DNA of 63,976 nucleotides, filler included, from Sandaracinaceae bacterium (GTDB taxonomy: Bacteria > Myxococcota_A > Polyangia > Polyangiales > JADJQN01): the NCBI GenBank assembly GCA_947483975.1. It is 3 parts of 3 records of this genome, joined end to end, with 100 filler letters (N's around TTAATTAATTAA, not from the genome) between each part and the next. Parts side by side here need not be neighbours in the genome. Positions count along the whole stretch, not along the records: positions 1 to 24,132 come from CANKOL010000037.1; 2 more parts are not named here. One strand, written 5' to 3'. The position numbers were made by a program, and so were the translations under genes. Below the pieces are notes generated by a model that saw only the letters and a list, made by a program, of their open reading frames with translations, ran no database searches and was not told the DNA's origin. Below are positions 9,905 through 18,994 of this stretch, one piece after another. The first letter of the stretch is position 1; each line of letters opens with the position of its first letter.

Positions 9905-11359
9905 ATGACCGCTCCGCGCCCGTACTACGTCGCTGGCCGTCCAGAGGCCCCGAACGGCGACCTCGAGGTCTTCGACAAGTACGACGGCTCGCTCGCCGCG
10001 CGCGTCGCGCTGGCCGACGACGGCGCGCTCGAGCGCGCGCTCGCAGCCGCGCTCGCCACGCGCGAGGCGATGCGGAGGCTGCCCGCGCACGCGCGCCGCG
10101 AGGTGCTGCTGCATTGCGTGGCGCGCTTCGAGGCGAGAAGAGACGAGCTCGCGCGGCTCCTCTGCGTCGAGGCGGGCAAGCCGATCAAGGACGCGCGCGG
10201 CGAGGTCGTGCGGTTGATCGACACCTTTCGTATCGGCGCGGAGGAGGCGACGCGCGTCGGCGGCGAGGTGCTGCCGATGGACATCACGCCCCGCGCAGAG
10301 GGCTATCTCGGCTTCACGAAGCGCGTGCCCGTCGGGGTCTGCGCGCTGATCACGCCGTTCAACTTCCCGCTCAACCTCGTCGCGCACAAGGTCGCTCCCG
10401 CGATCGCCGCGGGCTGCCCGTTCGTGCTCAAGCCGGCGAGCGCGACGCCGCTCGGCGCGCTGCTGATCGCGGAGGTGCTCGCGGAGACGAGCCTGCCGCC
10501 GGGCGCGTTCAGCGTGCTCCCGGCGTCGCGCGCGACCGCCGATCGCCTCGTCACGGACGCGCGGGTCGCGAAGCTCTCGTTCACCGGCTCAGCCTCCGTC
10601 GGCTGGGACCTGAAGGCGCGCGCGGGCAAGAAGCACGTGACGCTGGAGCTAGGCGGCAACGCGGCGGTGATCGTCGACGAGGACAGCGCGCGGGACGAGG
10701 CGAGCCTCGAGGACGTCGTCGCGCGCCTCGCGTTCGGCGCGTTCTACCAGTCGGGGCAGTCGTGCATCAGCGTGCAGCGCATCCTCGTGCACGCCCGCGT
10801 CTACGACGCCGTGCGCGAGCGCCTCATCGCCAAGGTCGACGCGCTCGTCGCCGGCGATCCCAAGGACGAGCAGACGAGCGTCGGACCGATGATCGATGCG
10901 CGAGAGGCGGCGCGCGTGCGGCGCTGGATCGAGGACGCCGTCGCGCGCGGCGCGACCAAACTCTGCGGCGAAGCGCCTGGCGCGACGGGCAACGTCGTCG
11001 GGGCGACGCTGCTCGAGGGCGTGCCGCGCGACTGCGACGTCGTGCGCAGAGAGGCCTTCGGCCCCGTCGCCGTGCTCTCGCGCTTCGACGACTTCGACGA
11101 GGCCCTCGCCGACGTCAACGCCAGCGACTTCGGCCTGCAGGCCGGCGTCTTCACGCGCGACCTGCACCGCGCGATGCGGGCCTGGGACGTGCTCGAGGTC
11201 GGCGGCGTGCTCATCGGCGACGTGCCGTCCTTCCGCGTCGATCACATGCCGTACGGCGGCGTCAAAGACAGCGGCCTCGGCCGCGAGGGCCTGCGCTACG
11301 CCATCGAGGCCATGACCGAGCAGCGCCTGCTCGTGATCCGCCCGGCGCCGACGCGGTAG
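9905..11359 (+). CDS. Aldehyde dehydrogenase family protein
   Basis: ITPFNFPL, FTGS, LELGGNA, GQSCIS, EAFGPV, PYGGVKDSGLGREG. Confidence 0.96.
   Translation: MTAPRPYYVAGRPEAPNGDLEVFDKYDGSLAARVALADDGALERALAAALATREAMRRLPAHARREVLLHCVARFEARRDELARLLCVEAGKPIKDARGEVVRLIDTFRIGAEEATRVGGEVLPMDITPRAEGYLGFTKRVPVGVCALITPFNFPLNLVAHKVAPAIAAGCPFVLKPASATPLGALLIAEVLAETSLPPGAFSVLPASRATADRLVTDARVAKLSFTGSASVGWDLKARAGKKHVTLELGGNAAVIVDEDSARDEASLEDVVARLAFGAFYQSGQSCISVQRILVHARVYDAVRERLIAKVDALVAGDPKDEQTSVGPMIDAREAARVRRWIEDAVARGATKLCGEAPGATGNVVGATLLEGVPRDCDVVRREAFGPVAVLSRFDDFDEALADVNASDFGLQAGVFTRDLHRAMRAWDVLEVGGVLIGDVPSFRVDHMPYGGVKDSGLGREGLRYAIEAMTEQRLLVIRPAPTR
11318..11355 (+). repeat. 38-bp direct repeat copy 1 (3' end of aldehyde dehydrogenase gene; attL-like)
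   Basis: Matches 23966-24003 with one mismatch. Confidence 0.9.
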
Positions 11360-11441
11360 GCGTCGCACAGCGCGGTGCCAGCGCGCTTCTGCGCCGCGGC
11401 GCCGACTTCCTCGCGCTTCCGAGAGTCGGCGGACCGCGGCA

Positions 11442-11477
11442 TTGCTCGCCATCATTATTCCGGTCAAAATGATGGCG
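11442..11477 (+). promoter_or_regulatory. Sigma70-like promoter overlapped by a 10-bp inverted repeat (operator-like)
   Basis: TTGCTC-N17-CAAAAT; CGCCATCATT-N11-AATGATGGCG ends immediately before ATG 11478. Confidence 0.6.
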
Positions 11478-12641
11478 ATGTTTACACGGCGCCTGAAGCC
11501 TCCCGCGCGCTCGTTCTTCCTGCTCGGTCCGCGCGGGACGGGGAAGTCGACGTGGCTTCGCGCGGAGTTTCCGGGCGCACGCACGTACAACCTGCTGCTC
11601 GACCGGGAGCTGCTGCGGCTCGAGCGCGAGCCGGGGCTCTTTCGACGCGAGGTCGACGCCCTGCCGCGTGGCAGCTGGGTGGTGATCGACGAAGTGCAGC
11701 GCCTGCCGTCGCTGCTCAACGACGTGCACGACGTGCTCTCGCTGGATGAGCGGAGAGTGCGCTTCGCGCTCAGCGGCTCGAGCGCCCGCAAGCTCCGACA
11801 GAAGGACGTGAACCTCCTCGCGGGGCGCGCGCTCTCCCGGCAGTTCTTCCCGCTGACGAGCGCGGAGCTCGGCGAGGCGCTCGACGTCGACGAGGCGCTG
11901 CGCTTCGGCCTGCTCCCCTCGGTGGTGACGGCGGAGAGCGACGGAGAGCGCATCGAGCTGCTGGAGGCGTATCGCGACACGTACCTCGCGCACGAGATCC
12001 GGGCCGAGGGGCTCGTCCGTCGGCTCGACGCGTTTCACCGCTTCCTCGAGGTCGCCGCGCTGATGAACGCGCAGGTCACGAACGTGTCGTCGCTCGCGCG
12101 GGATGCCGGCGTGACGCGGCCCACCGTGCAGGGCTTCTTCGAGGTGCTGGTGGACACGCTGCTCGCCACACTGCTGCCCGCGTTTCGCCCGCGCGCGCGG
12201 GTGAAGGAGGTCGGGCACCCGAAGCTCTATCTCTTCGACCCGGGCGTCGCGCGGGTCCTCGCGGGTCGCGTCAGAGAGCCGCTCGAGCGAGCCGAGCGGG
12301 GGCACCTCTTCGAGACGTGGCTCCACGGCGAGCTGCGCGCCGCGATGCACGACCTCTCGACGGGCGGCGCGCTCAGCTACTGGCGGACCCCCGCGGGCCT
12401 CGAGGTCGACTTCGTCTGGAGCCGCGCGAGCACGCACATCGGCATCGAGGTCAAGGCCACCGAGCGCTTCCGCCTCGAGGACGCCGCGGGCCTCGTCGCG
12501 CTCCACGAGCAGCTCGGGCTCGCCCGCTGCATCGTCGTCTACCTCGGCCAGAGCGCCCAGCGCGTCGGCGCCATCGACGTGCTGCCGCTCGGGCAATTCC
12601 TCGAAGAGCTCGCCGCAGGGCGCGTGCTCCGCGCGAGCTGA
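11478..12641 (+). CDS. AAA+ ATPase with DUF4143 and C-terminal nuclease-like domain
   Basis: GPRGTGKS Walker A, VVIDEVQR Walker B, LSGSS, LAGRA, PKLYLFDPG, YWRT..GLEVDFV...IEVK. Confidence 0.92.
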   Translation: MFTRRLKPPARSFFLLGPRGTGKSTWLRAEFPGARTYNLLLDRELLRLEREPGLFRREVDALPRGSWVVIDEVQRLPSLLNDVHDVLSLDERRVRFALSGSSARKLRQKDVNLLAGRALSRQFFPLTSAELGEALDVDEALRFGLLPSVVTAESDGERIELLEAYRDTYLAHEIRAEGLVRRLDAFHRFLEVAALMNAQVTNVSSLARDAGVTRPTVQGFFEVLVDTLLATLLPAFRPRARVKEVGHPKLYLFDPGVARVLAGRVREPLERAERGHLFETWLHGELRAAMHDLSTGGALSYWRTPAGLEVDFVWSRASTHIGIEVKATERFRLEDAAGLVALHEQLGLARCIVVYLGQSAQRVGAIDVLPLGQFLEELAAGRVLRAS

Positions 12642-12668
12642 GCGGGCGGGTCGCGGCAGCTCCGCAAG

Positions 12669-12806
12669 TGGAGGTGACCGTCCGGATCCGCGCCCAATCG
12701 ATCGCGCCCCGCGGCCGTCATCGGAGAGCACTTCCCCGCAAGCTCGCGAGGTTGACCGCGACACGCGGGAGATCGCAGTTCGGCGGGTCGGCAAGATCGG
12801 TTCCAC
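12669..12806 (+). repeat. ~138-bp direct repeat copy 1
   Basis: TGGAGGTGACCGTCCGGATCCGCGCCCAATCGATCGCG...GGCAAGATCG recurs at 22790-22927 with scattered substitutions. Confidence 0.9.
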
Positions 12807-12973
12807 CCCTGACCGCCTGCCGGGCGCAGATCAGTGGTTCGAATGTCCTACGCGCCAGAAAGCCAATACGCGCGGGAGACCCGCTCTTCGCTACTCCCAT
12901 CACCGCGCGTGCGGTGCTCGCGAGGACGACCGCGACCGGCATGCTCGCGGGATGGGTCGAGGCGGGCGCCCCG

Positions 12974-13276
12974 TCAGCTTGCGGCGAGCAGCGGCTTCGG
13001 GAGGCGGCCAACGTGCCCAAGGGCCTTGTAGAGATCCACGGCCTTCTGGGCGCTCAGCCAGAACTCCGGCGAGGTGCGGAAGCTCGCGGCGAGCTTGAGC
13101 GCCATCTCGGCGGTTACCGACGTGCGGCCGTTGACGATCCGGTTGACGACCTTCACGTCGCAGCCGAGGTGATCGGCGAGCTGCTTCTGCGTCATCCCGA
13201 GGGGCCCGAGAAACTCCTCGCTCAAGATCTCGCCAGGAGACGTCGGCTTTCGGGTCACGTTGCGGCTGATGCTCAT
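12974..13276 (-). CDS. higA: HigA-family antitoxin
   Basis: PGEILSEEFLGPLGMTQKQLADHLG...IVNGRTSVTAEMALKLAASFRTSPEFWL. Confidence 0.95.
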   Translation of the reverse strand: MSISRNVTRKPTSPGEILSEEFLGPLGMTQKQLADHLGCDVKVVNRIVNGRTSVTAEMALKLAASFRTSPEFWLSAQKAVDLYKALGHVGRLPKPLLAAS

Positions 13277-13289
13277 GGTTCGCTCCTGT

Positions 13290-13583
13290 TCATCGATGGT
13301 AGTCGATCACGTCCACATCCTCGGGCCCGGCGTCCGTCCACCGGAACACGATGCGCCACTGGTCGTTGACGCGGATGCTGTGGAACCCCGAAAGGTCGCC
13401 TTTGAGCGTTTCCAATCGGTTCGCCGGGGGTGAGCGAAGGTCGTCGAGCCTCTGAGCGTAGTGCAGCATATCGAGCTTGCGGGTCACGATCTTGGCCATC
13501 TGCGCCCAACCCTCACGCCGAAGGCGCTTGCCGTCGAAGAAGAAGTCCGCCACTTCGTGGCGGCTGAAGCTCTGGATGGCCAC
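13290..13583 (-). CDS. higB: HigB-family (RelE-like) toxin
   Basis: DLRSPPANRLETLKGDLSGFHSIRVNDQWRIVFRW...VDVIDYH; toxin-first gene order. Confidence 0.95.
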   Translation of the reverse strand: MAIQSFSRHEVADFFFDGKRLRREGWAQMAKIVTRKLDMLHYAQRLDDLRSPPANRLETLKGDLSGFHSIRVNDQWRIVFRWTDAGPEDVDVIDYHR

Positions 13584-13588
13584 GCCTG

Positions 13589-13617
13589 TTTATACCCCAA
13601 CAAGGTATACCGTGCAA
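13589..13617 (-). promoter_or_regulatory. higBA promoter with palindromic operator
   Basis: TTGCAC-N17-TATAAA; TATACC-N7-GGTATA overlaps it; GTG start 5 nt after the -10 box. Confidence 0.8.
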
Positions 13618-13667
13618 GGGTAGTCCGGACCTACGAACCCACACCGGCGAAGGCACCCGCGGTGCGC

Positions 13668-13963
13668 TCACCACCTCATCCGATACGCGCGGTAGCTCGC
13701 GCTCTCGCCGCCGAACACCGCAGCGAGCGCGCGCGCTTGCCGATGGATGAGCTCGCGCACGCGAGGACGCTTGCCGAGCCACGCGACGTGTCGCCCAAGC
13801 TCACGCCCCCAGGCTCGGGAGAGCGTTCGGCGCGAGGACGTCGAGAGCCAGCCACTGCGGCCGATACGCGGCCTGAAGCCCCTGCTGAAGAGCGAGATCA
13901 CCAGCCGATCGACGACGGGCGCCCGGAATTCCTCGACGACATCGAACACGAGGCTCGCCGAGC
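13668..13963 (-). pseudogene. cas1: CRISPR-associated Cas1, 3' remnant
   Basis: SLVFDVVEEFRAPVVDRLVI...IHRQARALA...YRAYRMRW fits the Cas1 C-terminus; 5' part replaced by IS91 sequence. Confidence 0.8.
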
Positions 13964-14758
13964 CGGCCGCGATCGACAGCGTCTCGAGCACGTCTTCCTT
14001 TCGCTACATGGCGCGCAGGAGCAAAGCGACGAGCACCTTGGGCGCGCCCTCCCCTCGCGCTCGACCGGCTCGCGCTTCGTGACGACGGAAAGGTCGTCTA
14101 CCGCTTCAAGAAGGCCTGGCGCGATGGCACGCACGCCGTCGTGCTCTCGCCTGCGGATTTCATCGCGCGCTTGTGCGCGCTGGTGCCGCCGCCGCGGTTC
14201 CACTTGATGCGCTACCTCGGCGTGCTCGCGGGGCACTCTTCGCTCCGTGCCGAAGTCGTGCCGAAGAAGCGGGCCGCGCTGCCTGAGCCTCCCAAGCAGC
14301 TCCCGCTGTTCGACGAAGATGACGAGCCGACGACGTCCGCGAAGGGCGCCGCAAAGAAGACGGCCGAGCCGTCGCGGCATCCGTGGCCGTATCTCTTGAA
14401 GCGCGTGTTCTCCATGGACGTGCTGAAGTGCGAGAAGTGCGGCGGCCGCCTGCGCCTCGTGGAGATCGCCACGAAGCGCGACGACGTCAGCCGCGTGCTC
14501 AGCGAGCGAGGCTGGTCGAGAGCGCCGCCGAGAGCGCCGCCCCTCGCCGAGCTGCCGGTTCACGGACAGCTTCGGCTCGCGTTCAAGTGAGCTCGACGAG
14601 CTGAGCGGCTGCGCGGAGCACGGCCAGGGAGACGTGCGCCCGGCGCACGAAAACCAGCCCGAAATGAGCGTTCGCGCCACGTCGAGGACCGTCTGGCAGC
14701 GCAGCATGGTCGCCGAGATTGTGCTCGAGAGCGCCCTCGCGTGCCGTTCATTCCTACG
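13964..14758 (+). mobile_element. IS91-family (Y2/HUH) transposase 3' relic plus downstream end region (copy A)
   Basis: DRQRLEHV..RYMARPPLALDRL..DGKVVYRFKKAWRDGTHAVVLSP.DFIARLCALVPPPRFHLMRYLGVLA; frameshifted, 31-bp insert, no 5' half. Confidence 0.9.
14010..14040 (+). repeat. 31-bp imperfect-palindrome insertion (empty copy)
   Basis: GGCGCGCAGGAGCAAAGCGACGAGCACCTTG; removing it restores codons Y-M-A-R-P-P. Confidence 0.85.
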
Positions 14759-15842
14759 GGGCGGCGCTGCTCGCCTGATCGGCGGCTGTTGGGCGCTCCG
14801 CCATGTCCTCCTCGCGGAAGATGCGCAGCGCCTCGATGGCGAGCCGCGTGAGCAGTGGTCCGAGCAGGAGGCCCCAACCACCAAACGCGACGACGCCGCC
14901 GAGCATCGCCAAGAGCACGATGACGCCATGCATCTGCAGCTGGCCCCACTTCGAAAACAGCGGGCGCAAGACGTTGTCGGCGCTCGACACGACGATCGCG
15001 CCGAACGCGAACAAGATGACGGCCTTGGTCGTCTGCCCGTCGAGCGCGAGGCCGATCGACACCGGCACCCACACGAGGGCGGTCCCGACCGACGGGATGA
15101 GCGACGCGAACAACGTCACCACGCCGAGCACCAGCGCGCGCGGCACGCCGAGCGCCAGGTACGCAACCGTCGCCAGCACGCCCTGCGCCAGCCCGGTGAG
15201 CCCGACGCCGATCGCCAGCCCGCGCCCCGTCTCGATGAACGCGCGGGCGAGCCGCTCCTGGTGGCGACGTGCGAGCGGCGTGTGCGCCTCGGCCCAGGCG
15301 TACGCGCGTGGCCCCTCGAGGAGCGCGACGTACGCGGCCGCGAAGAACACGAAGAGGCCGAGCAGCGCGTTCGCCGCGACGCCCGCGACGCCGGTCATCA
15401 GGCTCATGGCGCGCTGCCCGTTTTCTTGGGCGAAGCGCATGACCGAGGGGATGTCGAAGGTCGGGCCGCTCTCGATGCCGATCGGCTGCGCGCCGTCATG
15501 ACTCGGTGAGACGATCGCTTGCAGCGCGCTCTGTCCGGACTCGGACGTGGAGATGCGCCGAGCGAGCTCGATGGCGTCCGCGGTGAGCGCGATGCCGATG
15601 AACACGATGGGCCCGAGCACGAGCACGAACAGCGACAGCGTGAGCAGCGCCGCAGCCCAGCGGCGCCCGCGGAAGCGCTTGGCGAAGCGCTCGAGCAGCG
15701 GCCGCGCGAACGACGCGAACCACACGGCGAGCACGAGATACGGCCACAGCGGCAAGAACACCCAGAGCGTCCCCGCGACGAGCAGACCGACGACGACGCG
15801 GAGCGCGAACCGATGGGAGCCGGGCGTGATTGAGGCGGACAT
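14754..15842 (-). CDS. AI-2E family transporter
   Basis: Multiple TM helices; GLAQGVLA, SLIPSVGTALVWVP, DNVLRP, GGVVAFGGWGLLLGP. Confidence 0.92.
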   Translation of the reverse strand: MSASITPGSHRFALRVVVGLLVAGTLWVFLPLWPYLVLAVWFASFARPLLERFAKRFRGRRWAAALLTLSLFVLVLGPIVFIGIALTADAIELARRISTSESGQSALQAIVSPSHDGAQPIGIESGPTFDIPSVMRFAQENGQRAMSLMTGVAGVAANALLGLFVFFAAAYVALLEGPRAYAWAEAHTPLARRHQERLARAFIETGRGLAIGVGLTGLAQGVLATVAYLALGVPRALVLGVVTLFASLIPSVGTALVWVPVSIGLALDGQTTKAVILFAFGAIVVSSADNVLRPLFSKWGQLQMHGVIVLLAMLGGVVAFGGWGLLLGPLLTRLAIEALRIFREEDMAERPTAADQASSAAP

Positions 15843-16731
15843 GCACGCCGAACAGCATCTTGCATGCCACGCATCGTTTCCGCGCGCGCCATGCGCGCGT
15901 GTATTGCATGGCGAGGCCCGCGAGGCCGAGAGGGCTGCGGCGCCACACACGATGTGAGTCGTTACGACACGCTGAGTGTCATTAGGCATCGCGCGTAAGA
16001 CTTCCGAACGCCCTCCGCGCCGCGTCTCCACGTGGCAGTCCCCGCTCCATGCACCGGTGAACCCTACGCGAGGGTGCTCCGAAGCACAATCTCGGCGTCG
16101 ATGCGGGTCCTCTGGACGGTCTTCGGTGACGCGGGAGTTCTTGCTTTCGGCGGCTTTTCACACGCTGGGCGCACGTCTCCCTGGCCGCGCTCTGCGCAGC
16201 CGCTCCGCTCGTCGAGCTCACTGGAAGGCGAGGCGCAGTTGCCCGTGCGGGGACACCGGCAGCTCGGCGATGGGTGGCGCTCTCGGCGGCGCTCTCGCGT
16301 AGCCGCGCTCGCCGAGCACGCGCGCTACGTCGTCGGGCTTCTTGGCGATCTCGACGATCCGCAGCCGGCCGCCGCACTTCTCGCACTTCAGGACGTCGAC
16401 GGCGAAGACCCGCTGCAGCAACCAACTCCACGGATGCCGCGACGGCTCGGCCGTCTTCGTCGCGGCTGCCTTCGCGGACGTCGTCGACTCGTCCGCCTCG
16501 TCGAACAGCGGGAGCTGCCTCGGCGACTCGGGCTGTGCGGCAGTCTTCTTCGGGACCACCTCGGCACGGAGCGACGAGTGCCCCGCCAGCACACCGAGGT
16601 AGCGCATCAAATGGAACCGCGGAGGCGGCACCAGCGCGCACAACCTGGCGATGAAGTCCTCGGGCGACAGCACGACGGCGTGCGTGCCATCGCGCCACGC
16701 CTTCTTGAACCGGTACACGACCTGCCCCAAG

Positions 16732-18801
16732 ATCGAGTAGCCGCCCCCGTCACCGGGGGCGGCTCTCACAGAACCGTACTTGTGCTGTTCACATACGGCT
16801 CTTCGGGACCGCAGGTTGTGACCCCCGCGGCCGGCCGGTTCACGACCTCGCTTCATCCCAGCACAGCGTGAGCTGCACCGGGGCGACGTGTTGCTCTTGC
16901 AGCCGGCGCCACTGCTTCACGATCGAGACGAGCCCACGTTCCTCCCAGAGGGAGTTCCCGAGTGCTCGATGAACCGTGCTCGCATGGCTGAGCGCCCAGG
17001 TAGACTTTCGACCCCCGTGCACGCTCCACCACGCCGTCTTGCGCTTGCTGCCGAGCGAGATGAGCCTCTTCACGATCGTTCGTTTGCGTTTCCAGTGGCG
17101 GAGCTGAATCGCGCGCAGCCGTCGCCGGATGTGCGCGTCCAGATTGGAGAAGGTTCGTTCCATCGCGGTCGTGCAGATCCCGAAGAAGCCCACCCAGCCG
17201 AGCACGTACGCGTTGAGCCGGAGGATGCACGCACTGAGCGAGCCCCCTTGGTTTCGCGGCGTGTGCTCGCGGATAGCCTCGTCGATTCGCTTCTTCGAGC
17301 GCACCGACAGCATCACCTCGACTCGACCGTCGAGCGGCTCGCGCCGCAGGCGGAAGCCAACGAAGTGACGCTCTTCGGGGCGTGCGACGGCGCTCTTCTG
17401 CTCATTCACCTTGAGGCGCAAACGCCTCTCGATGAACTGCTTGATACTCGCCATCACGCGCTGTCCTGCTCTCTCGCTGCGAACGTAGATATTCGCGTCA
17501 TCCGCGTAGCGAACGAAGCGGTGTCCACGGCGCTCGAGCTCGCTATCGAGCTCATCCAGAACGATGTTACTCAGCAGCGGTGACAGAGGACCGCCTTGCG
17601 GCACTCCTTCCTCTGTCGCCACCACCACGCCATCCGGCAGCACCACCTTGGCCTTGAGCATGCGCCCGATGAGCACGAGCAGGCTCTTGTCTTGCACTCG
17701 CTGAGCGAGCTTGGACATCAGCCGCTGGTGATTCACTCGATCGAAGAACTTCTCCAGGTCGAGATCCACCACCCACTCATACCCCTCGTTCACATACTCG
17801 ACGGCCTCGGCGATCGCCGTATGGCAGCTCCTTCCCGGCCGAAACCCGTGACTCGAACGGTGGAATGTAGGCTCGTACAGCGGTTCGAGCACTTGCCGCA
17901 CAGCTTCCTGCACCACTCGATCGATCACGTTCGGAATCCCCAGCCCTCGCTGACCGCCGCTCGCCTTCGGGATCCACACGCGTCGGATCTCTCCGGGCAT
18001 GTAAGTCCCTCCCGATTGCAGCGCGTTGGCCAGCTTCGGCAGCCACTCGTCGAGATGCTCGCGCATCGCGGCGACCGTCAGACCGTCCGGACCGGGTGCT
18101 CCGCGGTTCCTCTCCACCTTCGAAAATGCCTCCATCAATCGGTCCGTCACTGCATCCATCGTCGCGACCGTCGCTGTCTTGCTCGTGGTCTTCGGCTTCG
18201 GCGTCGCGCGTGTCGCAGAGCGTTCTAGGGAACACTCCGCTTCAGCGTCGATGCGCGCTCTCGCGCGCTCTTCGGCTGTCCCGGAGAACAGAGAAAGCTG
18301 CTTCGGTGCTTCGTCGACCGGGATCGCCTCACCTCCCGAGCGGGGCTCGACCTCGCGCGTTACAGCCGACTTTCGCCGGCCTTGTGGCTTGTCGCGATCC
18401 TCTGACTTCTGGCGGGTCATCGTCCTTCGTTCTTGCGTTCTACGGACTACCGCTTGCGCGGGGCCCGCCAGATCTCCCTGGGTCAGCTGCAACAGATTTC
18501 GTGGCCAACCCGTCGCCACTACGCCCGCGGCTCCGATGCATTTCGGGCTTCGCCGCTGCACGCCGGCTCACCCGCCGCGGACGCCTTACGGCGCTTCACT
18601 TTCGTTCGGGTCGGTCACGCACCTAGGGTTCCATCGGACCCCCCCCTCGCGGGCCCAACAGGGGTCTGCCCTTCGGCTTCTCCACTGCCGGGGACCTGGT
18701 GCTCCAGATCGACGCCCTTTCCTCTTCGGTGTCGGGTTCCCTGCATCAGGGCCCCGGGTTTGGACTCTCACCTTCCTATCTGCTGCGCCTGCCAGGCGCA
18801 C
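16732..18801 (-). ncRNA. Group II intron, probably class C (IIC)
   Basis: 5' GTGCGCC at 18801; domain V-like AAGAGCCGTATGTGAACAGCACAAGTACGGTTCTG; domain VI hairpin ending CTACTCGAT at 16732; compact domain I. Confidence 0.92.
16840..18420 (-). CDS. ltrA: Group II intron reverse transcriptase/maturase without endonuclease domain (start may be 18159)
   Basis: GAPGPDG, RGLGIPNVIDRVVQ, HGFRPGRS, DLDLEKFFDRVNH, PQGGPLSPLLSNI, RYADDANIYVRSERAG. Confidence 0.97.
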   Translation of the reverse strand: MTRQKSEDRDKPQGRRKSAVTREVEPRSGGEAIPVDEAPKQLSLFSGTAEERARARIDAEAECSLERSATRATPKPKTTSKTATVATMDAVTDRLMEAFSKVERNRGAPGPDGLTVAAMREHLDEWLPKLANALQSGGTYMPGEIRRVWIPKASGGQRGLGIPNVIDRVVQEAVRQVLEPLYEPTFHRSSHGFRPGRSCHTAIAEAVEYVNEGYEWVVDLDLEKFFDRVNHQRLMSKLAQRVQDKSLLVLIGRMLKAKVVLPDGVVVATEEGVPQGGPLSPLLSNIVLDELDSELERRGHRFVRYADDANIYVRSERAGQRVMASIKQFIERRLRLKVNEQKSAVARPEERHFVGFRLRREPLDGRVEVMLSVRSKKRIDEAIREHTPRNQGGSLSACILRLNAYVLGWVGFFGICTTAMERTFSNLDAHIRRRLRAIQLRHWKRKRTIVKRLISLGSKRKTAWWSVHGGRKSTWALSHASTVHRALGNSLWEERGLVSIVKQWRRLQEQHVAPVQLTLCWDEARS

Positions 18802-18939
18802 GTGCTCGTCGCTTCGCTCCTGCGCGCCATGGTCACGAAGCGCGAGCCGGTCGAGCGCCAGCGGAGGCCGCGCCATGTAGCGCAACACGTGCTCGAGTCG
18901 CTCCCGATCACGGCCGTCGATCGCGACCTCCGCGTGCAC

Positions 18940-18994
18940 CACGTGCTCGGCGTGCTCGGCTCGCTTCGCTCGCTCTGCGCGCGCTCTCCGCGCG
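18940..18994 (-). repeat. 55-bp imperfect-palindrome insertion with GAGCGAAGCGA core inside IS91 copy B
   Basis: Absent from the homologous IS91 fragment at 29791-29877 (GGV-N-VHAE). Confidence 0.75.

Noticed and set aside
13668..18420. RT-Cas1 adaptation system
   Set aside because: The RT lies in a complete group II intron, and cas1 is a separate truncated fragment ~2.9 kb away with other genes between.
16840..18420. Retron or diversity-generating retroelement RT
   Set aside because: It has intron boundaries, domains V/VI and a maturase region. No VTG retron motif and no adenine-specific TR/VR pair were seen; the 138-bp repeat differences are not confined to A.
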